From Selaginella moellendorffii (lineage: Eukaryota > Plantae > Lycopodiophyta), in contig NW_003314280.1 in NCBI RefSeq assembly GCF_000143415.4, positions 2,153,549 through 2,217,548 on the forward strand: DNA of 64,000 nt, given 5' to 3'. Shown here one piece after another: positions 1 to 13,500 of the stretch (positions are counted from its first letter, which is position 1; every line of letters starts with the position of its first letter). The notes below the pieces were generated by a model, which saw only the letters and a program-made list of their open reading frames with translations, searched no databases and was not told where the DNA came from. The position numbers and the translations under genes were made by a program.

Positions 1-333
1 CCTTTATTGTTTTGGAGTCTGCATCTTTCTTGTGATCCCAACTATAGTTGTTACCATAACTACATTAGCTAATTTGCTGAGTCAAACACTCATCTAGATC
101 ACATCCTCAACTCTTTGAGGAAACCCTTATATTATTCTCAAGATCCCAAAATCGTTCCCTTACTGGCCCTTTTCCATCCACCACATTGCGCACAAGTTCA
201 CGCTTGAACTTGAGTGGAGAGCCATGTCCTCTCGACATGCTACTCCTTGAGGATATGTCCATACCTAGGACCTTTCAATTCTAATAAAAGTGGTGATATA
301 CTTGGCCACCAATAAGAGTCGAACTAAGGAACA

Positions 334-345
334 GCTCCGATACCA
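334..345 (-). other. Primer-binding site (tRNA-iMet type) of an LTR element extending left out of the window
   Basis: GCTCCGATACCA on + reads TGGTATCGGAGC on -, an 11/12 match to TGGTATCAGAGC. It lies 3 nt from a TG dinucleotide at 349. Confidence 0.75.
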
Positions 346-1297
346 AATTGTAAGTGACTAATTTTTCCATTTTACTTTAGTCACTTAATCACATCTGCGA
401 CCACTTAAAGGAGTCTCATTCACAACCTCCATAAGTCCAATTCAGGACTTGGGGCTTGCTAGCACCGAGAATGGCATCCATACCACTCAACCTCTACACT
501 TGGTCCAGGTGCTCCACGTGATCGATCTCATGATCGACACCCCAAGGTACTACCGACATATTAGCCCGTTACGCTAAGGCCATGTCCATTTACCTTGGTC
601 ACACCGATAGTCCAACACCACCTGTATTGCAATCCCATCTCTCAAAGACTAGGCCATCTGCCATGAGTGATCATCCCAGATCCACTCCTTAGCATCCTTA
701 GGATGCCCACAGATATAGGGAATAACTTTCCCCAATATCTCTTTTCTGGTCCCCACCAAGTCCCTTTCTGTTCATGGCCGTGTTCGCCAACACTGCCATT
801 GGATCAAGGCCCACAGGCCCGACCACTAAGTCCCCCTGTCCTCAGGGACTTCCTCACCGTGTGACTGTATCCTTGGTCACCACACTAAAGGACTACTCCT
901 CTTCCTATCCACAGTTTGGGACTTTAGGACAACATTTTGGAACACTGTGGCCCTATGCGGACCTCGTGGGTACTCTCCCTGCCTTCCGCCTTTGGGTGCT
1001 CTAGCCATAGGCTTAGAGCGAGGTTCCATTGAGCCACGCCAGGTATCCAAGTAGGTAGTGGCACCCACGCTTGGATTGGGAGCATTGACCATTCGATCTC
1101 CTAAGGAAACTAGAGCCGGTTTTTGAACACTTCACCAAGCTACCCCGCTTGTCGGTCCATATTCACTTTAGTCTTGGACTTCTTAGTGGTCAGTTCATCA
1201 CCCAGCACCTGGGTACAGCCTCCCTAGGCCAAACTGGCCTTTCCTGGCCAAACTGGCTCCACTGGAGTCCTCCCCCACAGCCTATATTAGTATTTGA

Positions 1298-1500
1298 ACT
1301 CAGACTCAGACTCAGTCTCAGTCTTGATTTCGGTCTCGGCCCATCTTGGGTCCACCTCAGACTCCAACTCGGACTCCACCTCAAACTCCACCTCGGACTC
1401 CAACTCAGACTCCATCTTGGGTCCATCTCGGACTCCATCTTAGGTCCATCTCGGGTCCATCTCAGACTCTTTTTCGGACTCCATCTGGGGTCCATCTCGA
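1298..1500. repeat. Degenerate 11-12 bp tandem repeat (CTCGGACTCCAY/CTCGGGTCCAT-like) inside the host LTR
   Basis: Repeated units such as ctcggactccac, ctcagactccaa and ctcgggtccat are directly visible. Confidence 0.8.
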
Positions 1501-1528
1501 ACACTTCCACATGTCATGTGTTGGTCCT

Positions 1529-4500
1529 CGTATCACACGTGGTTTTGACCCTTTATCCTATGGTGATTTACCATATGATAACACCACGAAGCGGAAAATA
1601 AACCCTCTTTGTGACACATGTCATATGCCATGTGTCCAAAGGAACGTGGTGAGGAACTCGAGGTTCAAGGCCTTGGGCCACTGAATGAAGGAACGGTGCC
1701 AAACTCCCAAGCGTGGAGCCAAGGAGTGATGGAACCGAACCATGGAGCAACTCTTGAGCATAAAGCCCAAGGAGCGTAGGGACATGAGTCCGGAGCGACT
1801 TAGAACAGTCCTAGAGTAACTAGCATCCTAATGCCAAGACCAGCACGCAAAACAAAGCCAAACGAAGTTTGGCGCTATTTCGGCATACCGATGGCCTAAC
1901 GCAAGGACATGGGTACTCCACCAGCTAGCATGGAATGGAACTTGGGCTTAGACCCAAGCCGGACGCAGAACAAAGATAGGCACGCAAGCGGGAGCTAAAC
2001 TATGCCTCAGGTTGGTCGGCCATGCCCAACCTACCCACTATCCCTACTATATATTTGGAACCCCCCATAGCCCCCCGCCCCCTTGAGGAACACACGTTGG
2101 GGGCTTTCACCTCCAGCCTCCCTTGTCTCTGGAATAAGCTCGAAACTTACTAAATATGGAATGGCACTAGATTGCGAATTTGGACAAGGGATAAACACCA
2201 TTGTGTTCAAGACAATCTCTACATTCCGTAAACATGCCAAATGAGCAAATCTAGACACTTTCCATAAATAGCATTTAGGACCGAAATGAGACTAACACAA
2301 AAGGCATGATAGCGAGGGTGTTTGGTAGACACGGTAAGCTATCATATAGCGATATTAAGGGACCAATCTCAATATGTGAAGGTTCTTGTCAAGCTAGTGC
2401 AAGACAGAGCAAAAGAGAACTAAGAGCCAAGCCGAGTATGCTTAGTTAGAAACACATAGGAGTTCCTACCTTATGTCCATATGGCTAAGTACAGATGCTA
2501 AGCCTAGTAAACTAACACTTGAACAAGAGGGGCTGATAAAGGGAACCAATAATACCGACCTCCTGCCATCGTGGTAATAAGGTAAGAGTGTCTATAAGGA
2601 TTAGCCGACAGGTAACTTTTGATACCCGAAGTCACATTTGCGACACTCTCCCCCCCTAGGGAAGATCGATGTCCTCGTCGATGTATACTCGAGTCTAGAC
2701 CATCGCCAAGGAAACAACTCCAGAAAAATTTCACGGTATTCACTTTATGTGAGAAATGCACCAACTTAAATGAGTAAGGAGGCAACCTCTTTGTCTAACA
2801 TGGATGCCCTACTAGCTCAAACACTTTCTGGCCGTCGCCGACAAGGAAAGGACCAACGGAGTTAGCCACCCTTGTTGCTTTGGTTATCACCCAGCTTACA
2901 AAAGTGTGATATGCCCCTGCCTGCAGGAACATAGAGAGAGAAGCTTGAGGCCCCAACCCTCTTAAGCAAAGAAACCAAACTCATCGCTAAGGTTTAGATA
3001 GACTATTGTAAACAGGCAGTTAGAGTTGTTTACACAGTCACGCCCTTTTGAACTGAATAAGGAACATTGACAGAGAGGCGGGTTATGTGACCAGTCAATA
3101 GTAGCTACCCCATGACTAAAGATTTCACCATGCACATGAAGTGCTGAAGCCAATCTGCCTATACTGGCCCAAACTCAAAGATCAATAGATGGACAATATC
3201 AAAGTCTTAGACAATGATATCTTAGAGTCTTAATTATTAGTGAATAAATCTTATATTAGAACATAATAGTATTCCAAGTAAGTTATCATCCGATAAACTA
3301 GTATTATAGGATAGGAACCACCAAAATCATCATAATTGGTAAACATAGGAATCATCCTCCAACAAAATTCAATAGCAAGTATATCATCAAGGAAACTCAA
3401 TGATGAAACTTAACTACTGAAGATGGTAGACAGTATGCCAAACAATTTACTAAAGATAACTCAAAGAACACAAAGTATCATTAACTAACAAACACAATGC
3501 TCGCGAATGTATCACTCAAAGGAAAGAACATCCCAATCTATCAGAACTAACTCAAACAATGATCAACAGAACAGAATGAATGTTGCAAGACCAACAAATA
3601 TAGCATTCATGCCAACCATCGCACTAGCCAATCCGAATAGATCCCAACCAACAACACTAAGGAACTCAAGTTGCCTAAGTGTAGCACATGTGGTTTTGAC
3701 CCTTTATCATATGGTGATTTACCATAGGATAACATCACAAAGTGGAACCTAAACCCTCTTTATGCCACGTGACACATGCCACATGTCATATGCCACATGT
3801 CTAAAGGACAGTGGTGTGGAACCCGAGTTTCAAGGCCTTGGGCCATTGAACGAAGGAATGGTGCCAAATTCCTAAATATGGAGCCAAGGAATGACGGAAC
3901 CGAACCATGGAGCAACTCCCAAGCATACAGCCCAAGGAGCGAAGGGATAGGAGCCCAAAGCGACTTAGAACAGTCCTAGAGCAACCAGCATCCCAATGCC
4001 AGGACCAACACGCAAAACGGAGCCAAACGGAGTCTGGCGCTATTTCGGCATACCGGTGGCTTAACACAAGGACATGGGTACTCCACCAGCTAGCATGGAA
4101 TGGAACTTGGGCTTAGACCCAAGCCAGATGCAAAACAAGGACAGGCACGCAAGCAGGAGCTAGACTATGCCTCAGGTTAGTTGGCTATACTTACCAAATA
4201 TGGAATGCGCTGGATTGCGAATTTGGACACGGGATGAACACCATTGTGTTCAAGACAATCTTTACATTCCATAAATATGCCAAATGAGCAAATCTAGACA
4301 CTTTCCATAAATAGCATTTGGGACCGAATTGAGACTAACGTTAAGGGCATGATAGCGAGGGTATTTGGCAGACACGGTAAGCTATCATCCAACGATATTG
4401 AGGGACTAATCTCAATACACGAGGGTTCTTGTCACTAGCCAGTGCAAGACACAATGAGACGGGAACTCCTTACTGGGCTAAGTATGCTTAGCTAATAACA

Positions 4501-7500
4501 TGTAGGAATTCCGTCCTTATGCTCGTCCGGTCTAAATACACTCGAAATGCCCAATTAACTCCACTAGCACAAGAGGGGCTGATAAAGAGATCCAATTGTA
4601 CCGATCTCCTGTCGTCATGGCAGTAAGGAAAAAGTGTCCATAAGGACTAGTCGACAAGTATCTTTCGAAACCCGAAGTCACATTCGTGACACTCTCCCCC
4701 CCTAGGGAAGATCGACGTCCTCGTCGATGTATACTCCAATCTAGAATACTGCCAAGGAAACAACTCCAAAAAAAGTTCACAGTATTCACACTATGTGAGA
4801 AATGCACCAACTTAAATGAGTTAGGAGGCAACCTCTTTGTCTAACGCGGATGTGCTACCAACTCAGACACCTTCCGGCCGTCGCCAACAAGGAAATGACC
4901 AACAAAGTCAGCCACCCTTGCTGCTCTAGGAGTCACCCAGCTTACAAAAGTGTGATACACCCCTGCCTGCAGGGACATAGAGAGAGAAGCTAAAATCCCC
5001 CCAACCTTCATGAGTAAAGAAACCAAACCCGTCGGTAAGGTTTAGATAAACTAGTGTAAACAGGCAGTTAAAGTTGTTTACACGGTCATACCCTTTTAAT
5101 GAAATAAGGAACATCGACAAAGATGCAGGTGATATGACCAGTCGACAGTAGCTACCCCATGACTAAAGATTTCATCATGCACATGAAGTGCCGAAGCTAG
5201 TCTGCCTATTACTAGCCCAAACTCAAAGATCAATAAATGGAAAATATCAAAGTCAAAGACAATGATATCTTAGAGACTTAATTATCAATGAACATATCTT
5301 AGATTAGAACATAAAAGTATTCCAAGTAAGTTATCATCTGATAAACTAGTATTATAGTATAGGAACCACCAAGATCAGTATGATTGGAAAACATAGGTCC
5401 AGCAAAATTCAATAGCTAGTGTATCATCAAGAAAACTCAATGATAAAACTTAGCTACTGAAGATGGCAGACAGTATGCCAAACAACTTACTAAAGATAAC
5501 TCAAAGAACACAAAGTATCATTGACTAGCAAGCAAGATGCTCGTGAATGTATTACCCGAAGGAAATAACATCCTAATGTATCAAAACTAACTTGAGCAAC
5601 AACTAACAGAATAAAATGAATACGGTAAGACCAACAAACACTCATTCATGCCAACTATCACACCAGCTAATCTGAATAAATTCCAGTCAACAATACCAAG
5701 GAACCAGAGTTGTCTAAGCAAGTGTCAACAACATCCTATCAATATCTCAAACCTAAGAGACCAATCCAAGGCAAACCACAAATAACATATGGTATTGCAA
5801 AAAGCCATAAGCTATCAAAAAGAACAACTAATTATCATGAAAGAACATTAATCATCCTATTAATAAAGTGATACATAATCATCATTGAAGAAAGAATCTA
5901 CTATCCCGAAGAATGACAAATCATTCTATACCAACAATAATTAAACAAAACTTTTGATAAAGATAATCAACTATCCTAGATGATAGTCAATCATCACCAA
6001 TGATTGCCATGTGCAAAAGCCAACTTTAGCATTGAAGCTAATGAACCAAAAATGCCTTCCCCAACAACTTCTAACAAATGGAACAATGAGCATGAAAACT
6101 AAAAAAACCAAAAGCTCGAAAAAGCCTATACCTAAATCTTGCTTAATAATGATCACGAGTCTCGCATGAATTAACTTCAATGGTAACGAAGAAATTATGG
6201 TGTAACTCACAATATCCTCCTCAACACATCCATAAGCCAAACTTCATATTGCCAAAGCTAATGAAGAACATATCTGCATCAATCCAAAAGCTAAGCACAA
6301 TGGAGATATGCTCAACAAGTGATCACGAAATCGATCCTCCATGAATCTATCTATAACAAGACGTAACTTACTTCATAATAAGCACAAGAAGAATCATCAA
6401 TGGTTGATATATTCCAACTCAAACCCAATAAGGATTCAAACATTCCAATATCAATCACTAACTCTTCCGCTTGTAAAGTTAGCATAGTCCACAACTGAAT
6501 CACTTTTCAAAGAAAAACCAAAGCTCAACCCCTACTAAATAATCTCATCTAGAACACAACAAACTCAAACTTGCCACTCAGTTTATTTGAACGTCAACAC
6601 AGTTGCTAACTAGCAATGCATAATTGTCATAACACAAAGCCATAGCTAAATCATCAACACTATCTTCATTGAGATCAATGAAATTCAACATCAATCCTTT
6701 GGAGAGACATCTCATTTCACTCAAATCTCAACATCAATAATGTCAATGACAAAGCATCACTTCAATGCCATCAACATCATAACAAAACTAGAAGAAAGCA
6801 CGAGTGATTCACTACCCAAAACTCTTTAGCAACCAAGTTAACCAAAGTCGAAGATACTATACTTAGTATCCGAGACCAATCTTTCAACATTACTCAAGTA
6901 CAAATAACACATCATCAAGGGGTGATTCACCACATCCAAGACTCAATGAAATCCAACACTAAGAACTAAACACAACCAAATAATATCAACAGAGATAGAG
7001 TCGACATGCTAACATGGAAAACCCATGTAAGTTTAACGACATGATCCTCCGCAACACCATCCAGTAAAGCGAGCACATCATTGCTAAATCATTATCAAGT
7101 GAAACAAGTGTCAAACAGTCCTTGCCAAAGTCTACAAACAATCACTAGTCGCAAAGCAACCAACAATTACCCTTCAACTTGCCTTCACAAGACCCAACGC
7201 TAACCCACATCATTGAGTCATATATTTGTCTAACATGAACATAATACCCCAGATATGAGATAAAGGTTCATGGACAAGCACAAACTAAATGACCACTCGA
7301 ATCCAACTCAACCACGATAAGCTCACCAACACATTTAGCCAATATCTCTGAGCATGCTTTGAAGAGGCTAGCTATGCATGATCATCACTTAGTCAAAACT
7401 AAAGTGAAGACCATGAGATGGACTCATATCAGTACACAACCTCCTCATAAACAAAGCTATAGTATGGGTACCAACATCTCAACTACAAACAACTAAATTG

Positions 7501-10500
7501 GACATCATTATCCTCAACCAAGGTGCAGAGCCACTAAGTCCAAGTCAAGATCAGTGAGAGCTCACTACTCTCATAGAGTTTTAGCGAAATGCAAAGTGCA
7601 ACCTACCACCAAGCAAAACATTATAGAAAAAAGGCACAAGGGTCACCTTTCTAGAAAAGTGCAACGGCCATTTTTCTACATCAACTCCAGACTTTATCCA
7701 ACTCAATTACTTTAGCCCCAAAAGTCAACATCTCTTTCGGGCCGCATCATACAAACTACCTACTAAGATCTAAGCCAACTAAAGTCAACTCCACCCCTTT
7801 CATTAGTTTGTACTGGCTTACGAAAACAAAATGGTTTTCGGACAAAGTGATCAACAAATTAGCTATTGGAAGAGCCTAAGAAAATTTGTGAAAAATTTCC
7901 ATCCTAGAAAAAGAATGACTCTTAGTCCAAGAATGCAAACTCTCAAGACTCAACCAACTTCCTCCTACCAACAACTTCACATACATTCACTTCAACACTA
8001 ATTCTCATGACCCATAGTATGCTTAAACCTCGAACATCTTTGCCCATTTTTCCAACATCCAACATTGATATCCACAAAATGTAAAATGAACATCTAAGGC
8101 TTGATCACGAAGACCATATCTTCGGATATCCACATTACATTGACACTTTTCTTCAATCACTTTCAAGATCCAATGTGAAGCCAAAACACTAACAAGAAAA
8201 ATGACATAGAAAATCAAGGTCTAAGGAAAAATTCCTCATCACTCAAAATGAAAATGCCACTTCCACTAACACAAGTGCTAGTGATGTTAATGCCTTAACT
8301 ACACATCTTCTCCATCCAACAATCTACTCTAAGTGCTAACGGATCAACCAATAAGCCATAGCAAATGAATGCTATAATCCTTTTCCAACACCACAATGGG
8401 CAAACTCAAGAAAACAAGGTACCAACTTAAGCTTAGCATAATGGACCATCATCGAGAATCTAGTCAAAGCTACTTCAATATTATTACATGTAAGTAGACT
8501 AGCTTCACCATCAACCACTTTGGGGTTGATCATTGTTTAACCAAGCAACTTCGTAAACTCATTGCTCATTATTACATGGATATGATATAAAATCACAATG
8601 ACTTGATCATTAATTGAGAAACACCATGAACAATGCTAATGTCATTACTTCAAAGGTTTATGTGAGCATCAAGTGCCAACTCAATTCGACAAAATGCAAC
8701 GCAAATGCCACACCCCACCGATAGAGATTAACAACACTCAACACCACTAACTTTTGTTCACAACACGGACAAGCTCATGCCACTCTCTTTCCAACCAAAC
8801 TCAAAACTAATCCAACACTATGCTACTCAAGGAGCATTAGCAAGGTTCCCTGGAAAAGAATTGAGCATTGCAATCCAAGTCTTTCAATAGCAAGTTTAGA
8901 CAAAATGGTTTAGCGCTTCACTGCTATCCACCCCATAACTCACCATTTGTAAGACCATCATCTCTAAGATGCATCAAGGTAGGGACTCTTGATTGCATAA
9001 TATGAACACAAGCAATGAGTTAACACCTCGTTGCAAATCATCTTTCCAAGAAGGGAAGATAATTCACGTGTTTAATCCTTCATCTCTAATGACTCTCTTT
9101 TCGGTTTCTACTTTGACTAAACTTCAAGCTTGCTTTTGCACTGCCTTCAGTTCAATCCAAGAAAAGTTTATGAGAGAGCATGGAAATAACTACTTGAACC
9201 ATTAAACTAATCCCTACAATCTTGATTGATCCACTTATAATCATGCTTAGAAAGGATCCACTAGTGCCATGCTAAACAGCTACGGACCAACGTATTTACC
9301 ACTTATAGTAAACCCAGGGAAGGTTTGCTTTAACTCATGGTACATGGAATAACTCATGGAACCACCAATAGGCTAATATTAATCCTGCCAACTCAAAGTG
9401 TAACCTTGAGTTGCTAATGTGCCTCACTTATGAGCCCAAGCTCAAACTCGTGCAACCAGAACAACTCAATCTCTCTTATGAGCCCAAGAGCAAGCTCACA
9501 TTACAAAGTACAACAAGGTAACAAAATCCATACCCAAGGAACAATTGCAAAGCCTTGCACACAAACATGTACCCACTGGGATCATCGTATTTATCTCTAC
9601 GTATACAACAAGACTAGTTGCCCAATCTCATTGTATAGTACTCGCTAAGACTCACTCTCTAATACCAAATGTAGCGCACGTGGTTTCGACCCTTTATCCT
9701 ATGGTGATTTACCATAGGATAACACCACGAAGCGGAACTTAAACCCTCTTTATGCCACGTCACACATGCCATGTGTCATATGCCACATGTCCAAAGGATA
9801 GTGGTGTGGAACCCGAGTTTCAGGGCCTTGGGCCACTGAATGAAGGAACGGTGCCAAACTCCCAAACATGGAGCCAAAAAGTGACGGAACCGAACCATGG
9901 AGCAACTCCCAAGCATACAGCCCAAGGAGCGAAGGGACAGGAGCCCGAAGCGACTTGGAACAGTCCTAGAGCAACTAGCATCCCAATGCCAGGACCAGCA
10001 CGCAAAATGGAGCTAAACAGAGTTTGGCGCTATTTTGGCATACCGGTGGCCTAACGCAAGGACATGGGTACTCCACCAACGAGCATGGAATGGAACTTGG
10101 GCTTAGACCCAAGCCAGACGCAGAACAAGAACAGGCATGCAAGCGGGAGCTAAACTATGCCTCAGGTTGGTCGGCCATGCCCAACCTACCCACTATCCCT
10201 ACTATACATTTGGAACCCCCCCTCCCCCGCCCCCTTGAGGAACAGACGCTTTGGGCTTTCACCCCAAGCCTCCCTTGGAATGGCGCTAGATTGCGAATTT
10301 GGACACGGGATGAACACTATTGTGTTCAAGATAATCTTTACATTCCATAGATATGCCAAATGAGCAAATCTAGACACTTTCCATAAATAGCATTTGGGAC
10401 CGAATTGAGACTAATGCTAAGGGCATGATAGTGAGGGTGTTTGGCAGACACGGTAAGCTATCATCCAACAATATTGAGGGACTAATCTCAATACGCGAGG

Positions 10501-13500
10501 GTTCTTATCACTAGCCAGTGCAAGACACAACAAGACGGGAACTCCTTACCGGGCTAAATATGCTTAGCTAATAACATGTAGGAATTCTGTCCTTATGCTC
10601 GTCCGGTCTAAGTACACTCGAAATGCCCAGTTAACTCCACTAGCACAAGAGGGGCTGATAAAGGGATCCAACTATACCAATCTCCTGCCGTCATAGGAGT
10701 AAGGAAAAAGTGTCTGTAAGGACTGGTCGACAAGTATCTTTCGAAACCCGAAGTCACGTTCGCGACACTAAGCAAGTGTCAACCATATCCTACGGATGTC
10801 TCAAACCCAAGAGACCAATCCAGAGCAAACCACAAAGAACATATGGTATTGTGAAAAGCTAGAAGCCATCAAAGAGAATAACTAACTATCATGAAAGACT
10901 ATCAATCATCCCGTCAAGAAAGAGATGCATAATCATTGTCAAAGGAATCCACCATCCCGAAAAACGGCAAATCATTCGATATCAACAATAATCAAGCAAA
11001 TCCTTTTGACAAGGATAATCAACTATCCTAGATGATAGTCAATCATCACCAATGATTGCCAGATGCAAAAGCCAACTTCAGCATTGAAGCTAATGAGCCA
11101 AAAATGCCTTCCCCAACAACTTCTAACAAATGGAACAATGAGCATCAAACTCAAAAAACCAAAAGCGTGAAAAAGTCTATAGCTAATACTTGCCTAACAA
11201 TGATCACAAGTTTTGCATGAATTAACTTCAATACTAAAGAAGAAATCATGGTACAACCCACAATATCCTCTTCAACATATCCAAAAGCTAAACTTTATAA
11301 TGCAAATGCTAATGAAGAGCATATCTGCATCAATCCAAAAACTAAGCATAACAAAGTTATGCTCAACAAGTGATCACTAAACGATCCTCCATGAATCCAT
11401 CTATACCAAAACGTAACTCACTTCATAACAAGCACAAGAAGAACTATCAATGATTAATATATCCCAACTCAAATCCAATAAAGATTCACACATTCCAATA
11501 TCGATTACTAACTCTTCCACTTATAGAGTTAGCATAGTCCACGACTGAATCACTTTTCAAGGAAAAGCCAAAGCTCAACCTCTACTAAATAATCTCGTCT
11601 AAAACACAACTAACTCAAACTTGCCACTCAGTTCATTTGAACGTCAACATAGTTGTTAATTAGCAAATGTGCGAATGCTAATAATACAAAGCTACAACCA
11701 AATCATCAACACTATCTCTATTGAGACTAATGAAACTTAATATCAATCCTAAGAATAGACATTTCATCTCATTTGAATCTTAACATCAATAATATCAATG
11801 ACAAAGCATCATTAATGCTATCAACACCATAACAAAGTTAGAAGAAAGCAAGAGTGAATCACCACTCAAAGCTCTTCAACAACTAAACTAACCAAAGTAG
11901 AAGATACTATACTTAGTATCCGAGACCAATCCTTCAGCAAAACTCAGTTACAGATAACATATCATCAAGGAGTGATTCACCACATCCAACACTCAATAAA
12001 ATCCAACACTACGAATTAAACACAACCAAATGATATTGATAGAGGTAGAGTCAACATGCCAACATGGAAAACTCATGTAGTCTAATGACACAATCCTCCG
12101 CAACACCATCCGGCAAAGCAAGCCCATCATTGATGAATCTTCACTGAGTGAAGTAAGTGTTAATAGTCTTTGACAAAGTTTACAAGCAATCATTAGTCGC
12201 AAAGCAACTAACAATCACTCTTTCAACTTGCCTTTACAAGACCCAACACTAAACTCATGCCATCGAGTCACACACTTGTCCAACATGAACGTAATACCCC
12301 AGATATGAGATAAAGGTTCATGGACAAGCATAAACTAAATAACCACTCGAATCCAACTTAACCACGATAAGTTCACCAACACATTTAGGCAATAGCTTTG
12401 AGCATGTCTTAAAGGGGCTAGCTATGCATGACCAACACTTAGTCGAAACTAAAATGAAGACCATAAGATGGACTCATATTGGTACATAACCTCCTCATAA
12501 ACAAAGTTATAGTATGGGTACCAACATCTCAAACTCAAACAACTAAATTGGACATCACTATCCTTAACCAAGGCGTAGAGCCACCAAAACTAAGTCAAGA
12601 TCAATGAGAGCTCACTACTCTCATAGAGTTTTACGAAATGCAAGGTGCAACCTACCACTAAGCATAACGCTACAAAAAAAAGGCACAAGGGTCACCCTTC
12701 TTAGAAAAGCGCAATGGCCACTTTTCTACACTAATTCCAGACTCTATCCAACTCAATTGCTTTAGCCCCAAAAGTCAGCATCCCTTTCAGGCCGCATCAT
12801 ACAAACTACCTACTAAGATATAAGCCAACTAAAGTCAATTTCAACCCTTTCACTAGTTTGTATTGGCTTACAAAAATGGAATGATTTTCGAGCAAAATGA
12901 TGAATAGATCAGCCATTGGAAAAGTTTAAGAAAATTTGTGGAAAATTTCCATCCTAGAGAAAGAATGACTCTCAGTTTAGGAATACAAACTTTCAAGACT
13001 CAACCAACTTCCTTCTACCAACAACTTCACATAAGTTCACCTCAACACAAATTCTCATGACCTATAGTATGCTTAAGCATTGAACATCTTTGCCTATTTT
13101 TCTGACATCCAACACCGACATCTGCAAAATGCAAAATGAACATCCAAGGCTTGATCGCGAAGACCATATCTTCGGATATCCACATTGCACTAACACTTTT
13201 CTTCAACCACGTTCAAGATCCAATGTGAAGCCCAAACACTAACAAGAAAAATGACATAAAAAATCAAGCTCTAAGGAAAATTCTTCATCACTCGAATCAA
13301 CAATGCCACTTCCACTAACACAAGTGCTAGCGATGTCAATACCTCAAACTTCACATCTTCTCAATCCAACAATCTACTCCAAGTGTTAACGGATTCATCA
13401 ACAAGCTATAGCAAATGAATGTTACAACTCTTTTCTAACACCTTATGGGCAAACCCTCAAGAAAACAAGGTACCAACTTAAGCTTAGCATAATGGACCAC

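Noticed and set aside
1298-1500. Repeat array as a possible CRISPR or repeat-protein gene
   Set aside because: The units abut without unique spacers, lie inside LTR sequence and have no cas genes nearby.
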